Shown here piece after piece: positions 1-14,100 of a DNA stretch of 64,000 nt. The stretch's first letter is position 1, and each line of letters begins with the position of its first letter. Both the position numbers and the translations under genes were made by a program. The notes below the pieces were generated by a model, which searched no databases, was not told the origin of the DNA, and worked only from the letters and a program-made list of their open reading frames with translations. This DNA comes from Orbicella franksi (Eukaryota), in the NCBI GenBank assembly GCA_964199315.1, contig OZ116704.1:3720001-3784000 (forward strand), in the 5' to 3' direction.

Positions 1-71
1 GTCGGTCGGTTGCTTAGTCGGCTGGCCTGTCTGTTTGCTCTTAGCAACCCAGGTCTCTTGTCGCAATCTGG

Positions 72-1155
72 TTAAAGATGAGTGTCCCACTCAACGTTGC
101 TTGTTTCTCCACTGGCACGATGTCGTCTTTGACGCGAAGTACATTCACCATCAACAGCCGCCTTGGAACGGCTTTGCTTACTTGTCACCCTGCAGAGAAT
201 TCGATAAAACTCGCGGCGATAATTCCCTGAGAATATCACATAAAGAACTGGATTAATAGCACTGTTACAATAACCAAACCACGGGATGACAAAACGGACT
301 TTCACGGGAATTTTGTAGAAAAGGGTTGAATTGTAAATTCGTATCATCTCCAGAGCTAAAAGTGGAAGCCACGACAGAGTAAAAATGACAGCCACTGTTA
401 TCAACATTGTAGTCGCGCGTCTGCTCAAGTCTTGGACTTTTTTGTGTGTTGTCGAATTTTGATGTCCTGGGAGTTTTCTCCTGCAAAGACGTAACCCAGC
501 CAGACAGTACACTAAGGCGATGATTATTAGTGGAATGACGTAAGCAGTAACGAAAAGAACTGTGATGTAAACTCTTTGTGACATGGTTTCCGGCCAGTAC
601 TCGTCGCATATCATACAATCCCCTCCCTCCAGCTGTATATTCTTGGTGGTTATCATAAGTGGAAGCATTAACGCCAGCGCTCCTAGCCACGTCATGGCGA
701 TCGCGAAACGTGCAGCGTTTCGAGTCATCATTTTTTTTCATGGGAAATAGGATGGCAAGACTGCGATCGAGGGAAATCGCCACTAAACTGAACACTGAGG
801 CTGCAAGGGATCCCACCTGTACAGCGTGAAGGAACTTGCATAAAACAGTTCCCATGAACGTGCCAAACCAACTGTTCATCACGTAGAGCCATTTGAGTAT
901 GTAGGGGATATCTATGGTCATGAGAAGATCAGCAAAGGCCATGTTGGCGATGAGAGTGTTTGTTGAGCTGCGCATGTGGTTTACTGTGAAGACGATGTAA
1001 ATCACCAGAGTATTACCGATCATTGCCAGGATGAAAATAATGACGGCAAGGATTGTGACTCCCACCTGAATGTTGCGCGGGACCTGGAATATCCCATGGT
1101 GCACTTGTGTGGCATTATTCGTCATGTTAGGAAGCATGGAAGATCCTGATAACAT
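72..1155 (-). CDS. Class A (rhodopsin-like) GPCR, neuropeptide (RFamide/QRFP/NPFF-like) receptor type; frameshifted at 731-738
   Basis: ORF 265-1155 gives N-glycosylation sites (NMT, NAT), TM1 GNTLV, TM2 NMAFADLL and TM3 CKF...SLDRS (DRY-like). ORF 72-731 continues with TM4-TM7, the ECL2 Cys, WLP and NSAINPVLY (NPxxY). The frames join if one A is removed from ATG AAAAAAAA TG. The real start may be ATG 1137, since there is an acceptor ttatcag at 1146. Confidence 0.9.
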
Positions 1156-4100
1156 ATAACAACACTAACCATTAGGGCCTCTGTTTGTTTCTTTTAAACC
1201 CAGAGAGGAGTACTTCCCAAACGGTTCTTGGTGGAGGTGTGCAGTCCGAACCTTGAAACCCTTAGCCTATTTCAGACCAAAATCTGTGATTTTTCCACAC
1301 CCTATTTCTGAAAAGATGGCGGCTGTACATTTTACCACAATACCTAGCGAACCTAACACAGCCTATAAGGCACAAAGAAAGCCAAATTTTCACAATATTT
1401 GTCCCTGTACTAAGGACATTGTGTATGCTAGGTTTGAAGATTTTATGGCTCTTCTGTACGTTTTTATGAAAGTTGTTAGGGTTTTCGTGCGCTAAGAACT
1501 ATGGATAAATTTACCAGTCGCCATCTTTTTTCCTACGGAGGATTGCTTCGTGCAAATCAAACCTACAAGTCGCTCACAACTGTCGAGTACGCCACAAAGA
1601 ATATTGTAAGATTTTAAAACATTTTTTTAAAACGCCGCGTCAATCGTTGCCGAAATTGATAGAAAATTACGTATTTTGTGACAAACTTCTACTGAGTAGG
1701 GAGGAAGGTGAAGTTTTCTCGGGTCAAAATGGCGGACGAAGTTGTTGTTGGCAAGAGAATGCTTGTGAGCGTAACTTTGAATTCATGTCTTGTTTTGCTA
1801 AGGTAGTCCAGTTTCTCTTTGGTTACTTCGATTTTTTTTCCTTATTAAGTAAGTAAAACCAGAATGCTTTTAAGGGTCTTGACTGAATGACTTCCGGCTT
1901 AGTCTTTTTTATGGAAAGTTCTAGAAGTTAACTAATAAACAATTTGTGGTAACATTGGTCGCGAGTATACAGTATATGTCCTGATCATCTGGCCTCGCGC
2001 CGTGCTCAAATTTAGCCACAAAGTTGAAATACACTTAATGAGTGCGGATGTGTCGATCAACTCTCTGCCATTCATTTCACTCTGTCGAGCTTGCAAATTA
2101 AGTAAATTATAAAACAGTAATGTTTACATAGGAGGTTTAATGAGAAACGTAAGTAATTCTCTAGCAGATGATGTTGTCAAACCATAGCCTGTAGCTGAGA
2201 CATTATTACTACAAAATACACCAAATTTTATTTAAATAGAAACGATTTAAATTGAGTGAAACAAGACTCGCATATCCATCAAGTTATAGTCAGGTGAAAA
2301 CAGAAATTACTGTTGAAATCTGTAAAGAAAAGAAACTGCTTCAAAAATAAACTGTTGTAATCCTTAAAACGTTCCGTACGTGTTTATTTTAGAGAGCTAG
2401 CTGCTATTTGAGTAATAGCAGTTAGAAGTATGCCATCCTTCTAGTTGCAAACAAACTACGGCATGCAGAAAACTCATTTAAATCAGTCAGTCTTCCTGGG
2501 ATTAGTTTCAGGAAAAAGAAGCGCTGGATGATCTTTTCAGGCCAACTTCGTACTGTGAAAGTCAACAAGCCAGTGTGTTCCAGCAGATTATTACCAATCA
2601 AGGGGCTTACACGAAAAGTACAGAAAGAGACCTCTACTGTGCGGTGTAAGACGAGGAATTGCAACGCGGAGATGAAGTTTTAGCTACAAAATAATTCCTG
2701 AATGTTCGACTTAAACTCCTTTGCATACCCTGACGTAGAATTTAATGTCACAACAAACTAGTGATTTCACCTTGGTTGCAAGTAAACTGAGGGAAGATAT
2801 ATATAAGGAAAAAACTCTTTTAATCTTGCATTTTACTTACCTTGGTTTACCGTAAACCTAATTGCGATTCTGCGAGTGACAGAAAGTTCCGATCCAAGAG
2901 GAAAGATTACTCATGAATTGTATAATTTGAACAGATGCCTGCCACGAGATAGAGCAGGAGATGAAAGCAGATGGCAAACGTGCAAATTGTAATTTGTTGC
3001 AAGCCAATCAAAGGTAAGCCATCAGTCCCGGCATATATTCCTTGTCGCAAAATCTTTGGTTTATTCCTGATTATGAAAATAAAATGAGGAAAAGAATCAG
3101 CTGGCAGCTAAACTGTTTTCTCAACTGATATTCAACACAGAATTTCATTCCAAACGAATATAAGGAAACGAGGGAGAAAAATTGAAACTGTATGTTCTGA
3201 TCAGATCCGTACTTACCTGGATATACCGTTGCGTTCATACTCGCCCGTCGTGCAAAGACACAACGTGTGAGAATTCAGGTGCGGTGGATAGATGTTCCTG
3301 TCCAGAGACAAGCTGGATATATATTATGAAATGAACAATTCAAACAGATTTGCGCACCAAAAGAAAAAAACATGAGAGCAAATAGTTTGCTTGTAAATTG
3401 TGTTTTAATTTTGTTTGGAGCCAATCAAAGGCGGAGCATGCTCTGTTTGTGTGAGTAGTTTTGTCGTCACGAACACTTTTTTCTGTATTTCATGTCTAGT
3501 CTTGTTTCCAGCGCTTACGTCGTCAGTGGACGTAGAACTAATATGGACATGTACTGTAGATAGAGATTGAAAATGGTTGTTTGACAGCACTGGGGTGGAC
3601 ACAGGAAGGTCTACGGGCAAGAGAGACACTGGAGACAACATGAACAATAAAAGTGGAGAAGGAGACCGAGGAACAATCCTAGCAAAATCAGCAGCGCAGA
3701 CCAGGACAGGCACAGAGAGAATTAAGGTTAACGTCCAGAGTTTTGCACGATTACTAATCTGGTTAAACATAGCATTGGCTGAACGCGGCCTTATTGATCA
3801 AATTTACATATGTACATACAACGAGTGTTGACAAAACAGCAAAACTGCAGGAGTTATTCTTTTACGAGTTTGATACTTACAATTGCAGTTCTGTCTCCTC
3901 TCGTGACCCAAAACAACAAAACAAGCCCCAGGTGAAAAATGAAATTTGGCATCAGTCTTGAGCGCATAAAGACGAGTCATTGGCAGGCTAATAAGACCTG
4001 GATATCCTGTGGCGTTTTCTATAGAAGGTATATGTCATAAGTTTTGACATTCATGTAAAATTAACAATTTTGGGAACATTTAGTGGGATAGGACTCTTCA

Positions 4101-4487
4101 TGCGTATCCTTCCGACACAAAAATAACAAAATTAACACGCTTTCAGATATTACTCAGTCTGACAAACTTTTTGTCAAATTGTTAGTTAACAACCTGGAGT
4201 GCCTGAACAATATCGTTGGACCGTTTGTCACAGTTGTCCGTTAACCTTATCTATATTACGAAAGCTGACAGAAGACAAAGCCAGTGTTCAAATCCATAGT
4301 TCGCCGCGCCGATTCGACGCGGTATTACTTCTAACGAAGCTTACTCATTAGTTATCCGAGAAAATAGTGTATTCATCAAGTATGTACTTCCTTCTGAAAA
4401 TGTTGAAAGCTCCCTCTTAAACTCTATAGGAAAAGAATTGTTTTTCAGGCGATTTTGAATCATTCAAGGCTCCAATTTGAAAAAGAT

Positions 4488-5160
4488 ATTCCGTCAACTT
4501 CGGAAAGTAACGACCCCCCACCCCCGAAAGTAGCGAGGCAGTTGTCCGTTTCGTAAACAGTCGATGCCATTTTCGCGGCACTTAGAAATGTTTTTGTCAA
4601 GGAATTTTTCTCTACTAGATTAAAGAAAAAGAACATTTGTAAGTAGCCACCCAGTAACGAAGCCGGAACAGAACCTCTGTTTCCTAACATCCTTCTGCCA
4701 CTACACTACCAGGTTGATCCGCCAAATCTCCGCAAAATTTAATTATAAAAAGAGACTTTCTTAAATATTAATGATAGGGTTGCCCCAACCATCAAATAAA
4801 AGCTAACCGCAGGCAAACCAGTGTGAATATGAACAATTAAGCATTTGGTGAGTGCGTTTTACTCTATCAACAAATTATAACCAGTTTCTACCGTGTCCAG
4901 GCTTAAACTAAAGCAGATATGGCATCGTCCATTCTGAAAGGCTTGGTTACCAATGATGGCATCGATCGTTAAAAATGGCATCGGCTGTTTACGAAACGGA
5001 AATCAGCAGTAGCGACCCCCCAAAAGTAACGTCAAAAAATGATGCCCCCTTCCGAAAGTAGCGAGCCCGCCCCTATCCCCACCCCCGAAAATAGCGAGAC
5101 CAAGGATCAAAGATTTATTTTTCCAATCAATATATAGTCTAGTGAAATTTACGTACGGTA
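4488..5160. repeat. Degenerate non-autonomous DNA-transposon-like element
   Basis: 29-bp inverted repeat at 4545-4573 and 4972-5000 (1 mismatch). Repeated C-run+GAAAGTAGCGA motifs near both ends. Outer boundaries approximate. Confidence 0.45.
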
Positions 5161-8100
5161 CTAGCTGATTGTAATGAAGGCACTCTTCAACAAGGGACTA
5201 TTATCGCTTGTGCCACGCTGCACGAAATGTGTGAAAGTCACTTTGAGCTTCTTCAGTTCATGTTGCGCCATATTAAACAAAACTCGCTGAATGTCATCAA
5301 GTAACAGGGCCGGGACGTACTAAAAGGACCTTTTCTTCAAACTAAAATTGAAAATTCTGTGTCATTTTCAACAGGAGCGTATTTAAAGACGAACGTTTTT
5401 TTAATTAAAATTGAAAACTCGACGAAAAACATCGGTTTAATTAACAAAAAAAAAAAATGCTGTAAAGCTGTTTATATGGTTGGTTTGTGGGAATCCAATA
5501 ATTCAGATCGGGACAAAATTTTTCCGTTTCTTTCATTAAAAAGATAAAATTAGGAAACGATTAAGTTGACATTTCCCTTGCGGATGATAACATGGCAGCT
5601 AAAAATATAAAACAATTCCCTGAATTAAAGACTTTCAAAAGCTAGAAAACGTACTCTGGTTAAAAAAGTTTAAAATTACTAGAGCTTTTGACTGCCAGTC
5701 TGCAATCTTTGAGAAGTAGTGAACAAAAAGCGCGTTCGTTAAAATACACACGGCACGTGAAGGAAAAAATTTATTTCACGAACTCCATATTAGCATTTTA
5801 TTTTTTCACAAGTATCTTTTCATTTTTTTTAACCTTTTTCTACTTCATACTTTTGTTTTACTTGACACTTTCTCGTGTACGAGAAACGTACCTTGTTTCA
5901 GAGTTTCATTCATTTTGCTTTCGCGTTGTACAATGGATTGAGCTTCGGTCGATGTTCCTCCTAGTCCAAGAGAAATAAGCAATGATTGAACACGGCTTTC
6001 ACTATGAAGTATGGTTCAGATGCTTGTTCCAGCGGTAGATCAATTAGACTCAAGATGAGGGCAGATAGTTAACTGATGAATTGTATTATAATTTTGTTCA
6101 GACGTGTTAAGCCTCTTGCGAGATCTTCCTACAAAAATCTTCCTTGTGGCTTAAATTCATCTCATTTATCTTATTATCTCGCAAACAAAAACGCCGTTAG
6201 ACACAAGATCTATCTGACAATAACAGGATGACATTTGTTTAGATTAATATTCTTTATAAGCCATTCTCTTGAGTAGAAATGAACCGCGAGTGGAAGAAAT
6301 TTACTGCGTGTTGATTTGAAAGTCAGTGGTAATTATTTAAAACTATAAACATGATAAAAGATCCACCGGCTGAAGTTGGTTTTACCAGCTATCTATTAAA
6401 GCTTGTCTTTTATTTATTATCGTATTTGTCAAGCTCAATTTTTCATCCATCTTCAGAACCAGTCAAACACCAATAACTGGAAATTTCAAAACAGGAGTAA
6501 ATTAAAAACAACTGGGCTAAGTTTTTGCCGTCTCGAAACCGTCAAAATAATGATTTGCGGTTTAGCCTTCCGACGTGGAATTCTGGGAAGTACGGAGCCA
6601 AAACAAGCAAAGCTAGGCAAGCTCACTTTATGTGCCTAGGAGGCAGGTCGACCTGTAAGAGCTACCTTGTTTCGATTTGTTATTAGGAATCGTTTGATAG
6701 CGATTAGATTTTCACTGTTATCTGGCTGAATATAATTCGGCCCAAAGATACGTTAAAATAGATTAAAGCAAGACTTATTTCATTTATTGGTATTATTGTT
6801 GGTGATAGGACGACAAATGTAATTTCATATAATATTGGCATTTTTAAGACGTCCATGCATAAATCAGGTACGCGCGGATCTCTTTGTCAAAAGGAGTTAG
6901 AAGCCTCGTGCCTCTGCATTAAAGAACTAACATGGCATACCTTTAATAGTTGGCTTGCTGGACCATTGATGAGCTATACAAACGAAAAGAGATTCCGAAA
7001 TTTAAGAATCGTGTCGATACACGCGCGTCTTACATATCCACATGTAGAGGAATGGTCTGCGAGCACGCTTTCTTGACAGCGGGTATTGCATTAGAGTAAC
7101 GGCTGGTGGAACTGATGTGTATTTTACAGTAAACAAAATTCACATTGATTTTCACCGAGTTATGACGAGTATTGACGGTATTCTCGTACAGGCGGGAAAA
7201 AGCTGCAAATTTTGCTCTGCCCAGCAGCGTCGTCCAGAGCATTTCTAAAGTTGGGATCCAGTCAAGCTGCTAAGTATTACAGATCGGTCCAGTTGTATAG
7301 GGCCATGTTTCAAGACTGCACTGTACGAAAGAGAAAGAGAGGTATCTTTATGAATCTCTTAGTGCTTGATGTACCTGGAAAAATTAGGAATATAGACATC
7401 GTTCTAGGTTATTTGTTTGAAAATAATTTTTTTCCAACATAAGCGGTTTCAAATAACATTGTAAACAGGGTTCACTGTGTAAAGTCATTTACTATTTTCT
7501 TGCTGAAAAGTAAAATGAGAGAAAAATAAATATCTTGCAGTTGCAATTATTCTTAATCTTTTACGTCTTTCGCCTGTACTTAATAAACAAAAAATTGGTT
7601 TGTTTAACGATGTACTAACGGCCTTGGCAATTTGGACCAGCTCCCTTTATTAAGAAACCCCCGGCTTGATTTACAACTTACTGTCTGTGTGCAAATTTTG
7701 TCTGGGTTTAACGTAATTAAGAGTTTGCAGTGCGTTTGAACATTAGGCTGGATAAAGATGTAGACGAAACTTGATAAGCGCCGTTTCCCCGTTTCTAATA
7801 GCCGCGGTATACTATACATTGTAAATACAATGTTTTTCGTTACGTGGTTGGCGAATGTTTTCTTAACGGGTAACAGAAATTAAAACATTGTGTCTAAATT
7901 TAGGTGTGGCTTATCTCTTTAAACATTTTATAGTTGACCTCTCTCGGTTTTTGGTTTGTATTTCCATGATTTTTTAGGCACAGAATGGGAGGCTACGAAA
8001 TTTAGCACCAATATAGATTTTATTATTTTTCGATTACATTTTTGACTATATGCGCGCACGCCTTCGCAGGTTGCACACTATGAGAACGAGCCTATGACCG

Positions 8101-11100
8101 TTTATTTCTGATTGAAACTTCAGGCGGTCTTTGCACAACAACTGTTGCGTATTTTTCGCGAGTTTAATTGTCGAGGATTGTACCTAACTTTTTTTCATTG
8201 TAAAATGGGTGCTGTTATTCGTATAGACGATTCACAAACAAGATTGTAAGTCAGTGAATTGTGGAATGAATGGACCGATAATTCTTCACCCGTAACTAAT
8301 TGATGTGCGCGAGCTAGTGGCTAACACGTGTAATGGAAACAGACGAGAAACACAGTGTTGTTTCCAGATGACTTATAGTTCTTTTGAAGCCCTGTAAAAG
8401 CCTAATGGTGTCCGATTCCTTAAAAGGATTCATGTAAGTTGGTAATCATTTATTTAAATAACGTTAACAGTCGAAGTGCGAAGATAATTTGAGCAATTTC
8501 AAGTTCCAAGTTATGACCGCAGGTACCGTCCCATTCGTAGTAAGGAAGACAAAATAAACGGGCAAAATATTTGGTTTTATAGATAGGTATTCATGCAAAC
8601 GTTATTGTGACTTTAATTTAATAATTAGATATTTAATTGTACTTCTGTACCGAGAAAATATTAACGGCAAATGGCTTACGGAACTTTCAATCTATATTGT
8701 TTTACTCAGTAAACACAGAACGTCCTCATTTTATGGTGTTCATTGTCAGAAAAGGTCTTATTCAAACGGCAGCCAACGACGTAAACTTTGGAGCCAACTA
8801 AATCAGTTTAAAGCCTTACGAGTTTCTTTTCAAAAGGGTTTCTTTTACATGGCGAAATATCATGGTGTTAGGCCCATAAAAAGAGAAATCGTTAAGTGAA
8901 GTGCTTTCTGAAGTCTGTTTATTTCCATACTTTCTTCAAGAGAGAAAGCTTTATATTTCACTCAATGATTTGATATGAAAAACAACTAATAACTAATAAA
9001 ACAACTAATAAAATTCATGTTGTTAGGTAATAATACTGCAATTCAAGAAATTTATATCTCTGGGAAACCTAATTTATGACAATAAACTTTGGCTTATTCT
9101 AGTATCGTGCCGCCTAGCAAATAAAGTTCAGTGTTTTCATGTTAACGAAAGGCGTACGGAAAATATTTGCCTCCTATTTCTAGCTGCAAAAGAAAGCAAC
9201 AAATCAACGAAGCCAAACCCGAGAAAAAGATTTCAAAAGAACTACAAAAAGGTGTTTGTCGTACGCGAGAACACGGCCGAGAGGCAAGTAATTAGCAGAT
9301 GTTTCGTGCATCGCAAAGACTCAATTGAAAACCCTTTAATTTAAAGTGTGAAAATGTCGGTCTCGGCTGAACTTTGAAGAACACCCGTACTTTTCACAGG
9401 TGTTGTCACAATTTGACAGTCCGTTTTCTTTGAAACTTTTGTCTAAATGATTTATGAGCCTCTGTCGGTGAGCAACTGCGCGTGCGTGCTTTGCTGTTTG
9501 GCTTTCACAAATCCTAAAACCCATGAATTCATAACCTTGAATTAAATTTTACTGCTGCATTGATTTTGAACTGGGATTTTAGTAAATTTTTTTTCCATTA
9601 CTCCGAGGTAAATTTGGCAAAAGCTCTCAGCTAATTCACTTTGCTTCTAATTACTCAAGCAGTTTGACGTCTCGAAAAGAGGTTCCGTTTTATCCTTTTA
9701 TATAATTTATATGTTCTAATTTGCCAGACACCTTTTAAATCTCGGTTTAATTTGCTAAGTGGGAGGTTTGTGGTTTTACCATTATTCTTTTTGCTGCAAT
9801 AACAAACTACTTATTGACTGGACAAAAGACAAAAATTGATTGAGTCTGAGAATATATCAAAGTACAACTTGATTCTTTGGCAACAGAGCTTAAGTACTTT
9901 TTATAATATCAGTGTTTTGTCACAAGCAGTTTCCAGAACAACCAACTTAGCCCCGTAGAAATTTTTCATTAAAAGAAATCGCAAACGAAGAGAGTTGCCA
10001 CATGGCAGCAGCTAAAAACATTGACGTGAATTGCGGCGATTTCCCTACCACGTATTATTGAATTGTTAGTAACTAAAGGATTAGACTGTGACCGTTCAAT
10101 TCATTTTATTTTATTCCCATCCTGTAACAATACAACTCTTGTTTTCTTTATTCCACTGGCGTCAGTTCTGGAGCTTGGACAATGCAAAACCAACTCAGAC
10201 CTGTTTACAGAACTGTCTCCTCCTTGATTATATTTAAGTCAGTTGATTCTTGTCATATAAGCTGCTGTTTCTCGCGTAGAATGTAGCGTGGCGTAAAAAC
10301 ATAGCGTCAGGTTTAGTTTAATATTATTTAATTGCTATTCTGTTCGTCGATGCTAATGTTTTCACCACCAAAAACAGCCCATTAACTAATTGAAAAGATC
10401 CTCGGAGCTTGAGTGAAGACCAATATCAATAATTTGATTGCTTTCTCTGTGTGTGTTCTTTTATTTCATAAGAAAACGCAATTTTGGACGCAGGCCTAAA
10501 AGACTCAGTGAACGATAGAACATAAAAAACTTTCCTTTAAAACACGTTTCAAACTGATTTGTCGGGATTCTTTTTTGCTTTGTTTTTTTTTTTTTCAAGT
10601 GAATACGATCTGCGTGTTATACGTAGCAAGTGGCCTCGCTTCCTGGTGAGTAAATATATTTTCCAGGAAGCACTCTAGCTTACTTTCTACTTTTTCGTCG
10701 TTGAAATATATGTAAAAAGAAGTGTTCTCAGTCTGCTGTAGTTTCCATGGCGAGTCGGGTTTTGTTCTTTTGTTAGATTTCCACCAAACGAAGAAATCTT
10801 TTTCCAAATTTATGAAAAAGGGTAATCTATTACACGAAATGTCGGCTACAGTACGAAGGAATAAATCAGATCCGAACAAAAGGTTCTTTGATTAAAATCG
10901 TCATGGCATCACAAAGAGATATAATTTTGAGTGGCGTTTCTTTTCCAATCATTCCCGTCCGCACCGTTAGTATTGTACTTTTTTCCAAGCCAATTTAAAA
11001 GTAGCTTTTCTTTTTACGAGATGTTTGCAAAGGACTCGCACAAAAATGTAAAACAAAGACAAAGAAAATATTACACTCAAGGAACAAACTCAAAGCGGTG

Positions 11101-14100
11101 TTCTTTGACAAAAGATACGCTGTTAGCATATGCGTAGCTCAATTATCTTTGATTTACGAGTGTTAAGAAGAAAAGAGACTGAAAGGGGGAAAGAGCGTTG
11201 CGCGAGAAAAGCAAAACAAAGATCGGGTTTGCAATTTAAGCGCTTCAATTTATCTTGGGCGTTTTCAAAAAATTTTCCATAACTCTTGTCTGGATTCAGC
11301 CGTAAATTCAGCGCCATGTATCACCTTAGGAAGTAATTCAAATCTTTCTGGGGGTTTTAGTGCTAACTGTTAAATCCTTGAGGCTTAGCAACAGAAATTC
11401 AATTAATCACGCGGTTTATTACAAACGTTCAGTCTTACCTAAAGATAGAGCGAAATTAAATGAGTCAAAGCATTGCGGACAGCGAATTAAACTTTGTTTT
11501 CTAAGCAGGTTTTTATGTTCCCTACCCTTTACTACATCTTCATGTTAAATTACGCCGTAGTTGTTGCTTAACTTTAGAGATAAATAAAGTTTGCTTGCGA
11601 AAATTGTAATTTGTGGGTTGTTTGGTGATAATCAGTCAAAGCCTAACCCAACATAACCGTTTTATTACCAAATACTACTAAGCCACCAGTTGTAATCGTT
11701 TAAAGACGATTTCCGTGTGCACACGGAAAAAATGCTAAGTGAACTCCTCGAGGGAGGAAGTTTTCTGGGGTCCAAGCGTGAAAAAGTTATTTACTGGGCG
11801 TATTTCGATTCAAAACATGAATAGCAATTACCATTTTCCTCTGATGTGGGTATCGTTTAGTGAGGTAATTAAGGCTAGCAGCACTTCGGAGCAAACGAAA
11901 TTATTCATTAGGAGTACCCTTAATTGCGAAGCCTTAATGTAATCCCTCCATAATGTTATTCTCATCTATAATGAATAGTTTGCGGGGAAAGAAGATCGTG
12001 AATCTGACTTTATTTTCAAATGGAGTAAAAAGTTTACATTTAAAGTTTGCCGATGTTGTGATTGAGCAATAGTAAAGTATTGACATATCACAATAGCGAA
12101 ATATAAATAAAGTACGATTCCATGAACATGAGCTTCCTGCTTTCAGAGAGCTTTTTGTAACTTTAAGTAACGTATCCATATAAATAAGAAGTGCGGCAGC
12201 TGTTCTGCGAATTTCACTCTTCTAGTACAAACCGTACAATTATTTCTTGCCATAAACACGAACAACTCTCCAATTAGGCCACAAAACTGACGAACAATGT
12301 GGAATAATTAACGGATTGCTGTGTTAAACAATATCTCTCTTTACAAGTGCGCTTCCCCCATTGTTTGGCGCACTGATCGAGCATGCGCGCTGTTGCACGT
12401 GAAGGCTCGTGATTGGTCAGTTTTTGGCAGGTGCGTTGCACATTACATTGCTCCTCGAGAAAACCATTTCAGTGTCAATCTAGGTCTTGACGCTCTGTTA
12501 GGTTCTCTAATGCCAATATTTACTTTAGCTTCAAGCAAGTTGTTTAGTTACCATTCAAAATGCCAAAGTCGTTCTTGGTCAAGAAATCAACTGGAGTATC
12601 ATCCCAACACAGCAGGGGAGCCGAAGGTAAACCACTTTTTTGACATCTTTGTTGAAAGTAGCTAAAATCACGACTTTTACAAAATATTGTGGCTTGTGGA
12701 TGTAACAAGTAGATGTCAAATATGCCCGCCTCCAATCCGGCTAATTTTCCGTAAAGCGAATTTTCTCGGTTAAAAAGATCTAAAACGCGCTTGCACTTTG
12801 GTTTAGAATCAGTGCCAGAGGCCTCACAGGTGATAAAATTAACTACACGTTTTAACATATCCCGGCGTAGGAAAATCGGTTAAATAAATGAGACTCCCCG
12901 CCGAGTGTACTCTGAAGAAAGCGCATTCAACCCGCAATTCAAAATCAACAAACCACTATATCTACAAAAGTAAATAATCAATTCACTTAAAGAAAAAATC
13001 TTATTCCAACTCGGATAACATTATCATAGTCAATAGTTTAAAATCCGACAATCAAGGCCCTTGAAAGAATTGGTCTGCTAAGTGATCCTCTAGAATTAAA
13101 CGCTTTCCACTCTACACCGGAGAGAAATTATTCTCCAATCATTGAATCGGCTCGAAACTCGAAACGTTGGCCGTTTACAGTTCAAAGCGACAAATCTGCG
13201 AGAGTCGAAGTTTGCAGAGTAGGAAATGGCGATAAAATTGCTAATGATCGAAAATCATAAATCCGTGAGATTAGGGGATATCTATAACGAGGAGAAACCG
13301 CGAAACAGAAATTAAATTCTACTATGTACACAAAGAGTAGTTTATAAATCTATATCATGTTTTTATTAGTCGTAATTTTGTGGTAAATAAGCGTGATTCT
13401 GAGAGTGCATCGAAATGCTAATGTTAACAGTGCAGAATTGAACCAAATGTTAAAGCTTGGAAAAGGTCGGCAATATAATTTCCTTCGTAACTTGAAGTAC
13501 ACGGATTCCTGCCGTGAATCTGTTACGAAATTTGCTTCTCTCTTTAACACAGGTGTTTAAAAGTAGACCAGCCAAGAAAAGACCCTTTTTAAATATTCAT
13601 GTTATTTCTATTTAGTTGTTTGCCATATCGCAGGTTAAATCTTCTGATGATAAAGGAAAAGTTAAATTAACCCAGCGAAAGGACTTTCCCACCCGTTAAA
13701 AACATGTGCGTTTAGACATCAGAGATTCAACGAACAACTCATAGGAAATTTAACGAAATGACAACGTCAAATCAACTAAGCTTTTCTAAGGCTGGACCGC
13801 TAAATAAATAAGGTGACGAAAAATTTTCGGGGGTAGAACTCTCTTTATGGAAAAGCAGCGAAGCATAAAAGTCGTAGTGTAAAAAGTGGCAGAAGACAAA
13901 TTATTCAAGAACACTTTATTTCTTAGCTTTATTTTAAAACGCCTCAATTTGCAGTATGCATTTCTTTAAGCTGGTTTTGCGAGCTTTGGGAGAAAGATTA
14001 ACCAATTGCAATTTCCAAGGACTGTCTTGCGAAAGAAAAGTAAATCGGATACCTCTCAGAAAATAATAATAATAATAAAAAAATACCAACGGCGGTTAAC

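Noticed and set aside
3405-3831. Overlapping ORFs of 121 aa (minus) and 84 aa (plus)
   Set aside because: No domain signature; explained by purine/pyrimidine strand bias.
12321-12858. ORFs of 114 aa and 104 aa as a gene or transposase remnant
   Set aside because: No recognisable motif or consistent splice structure.
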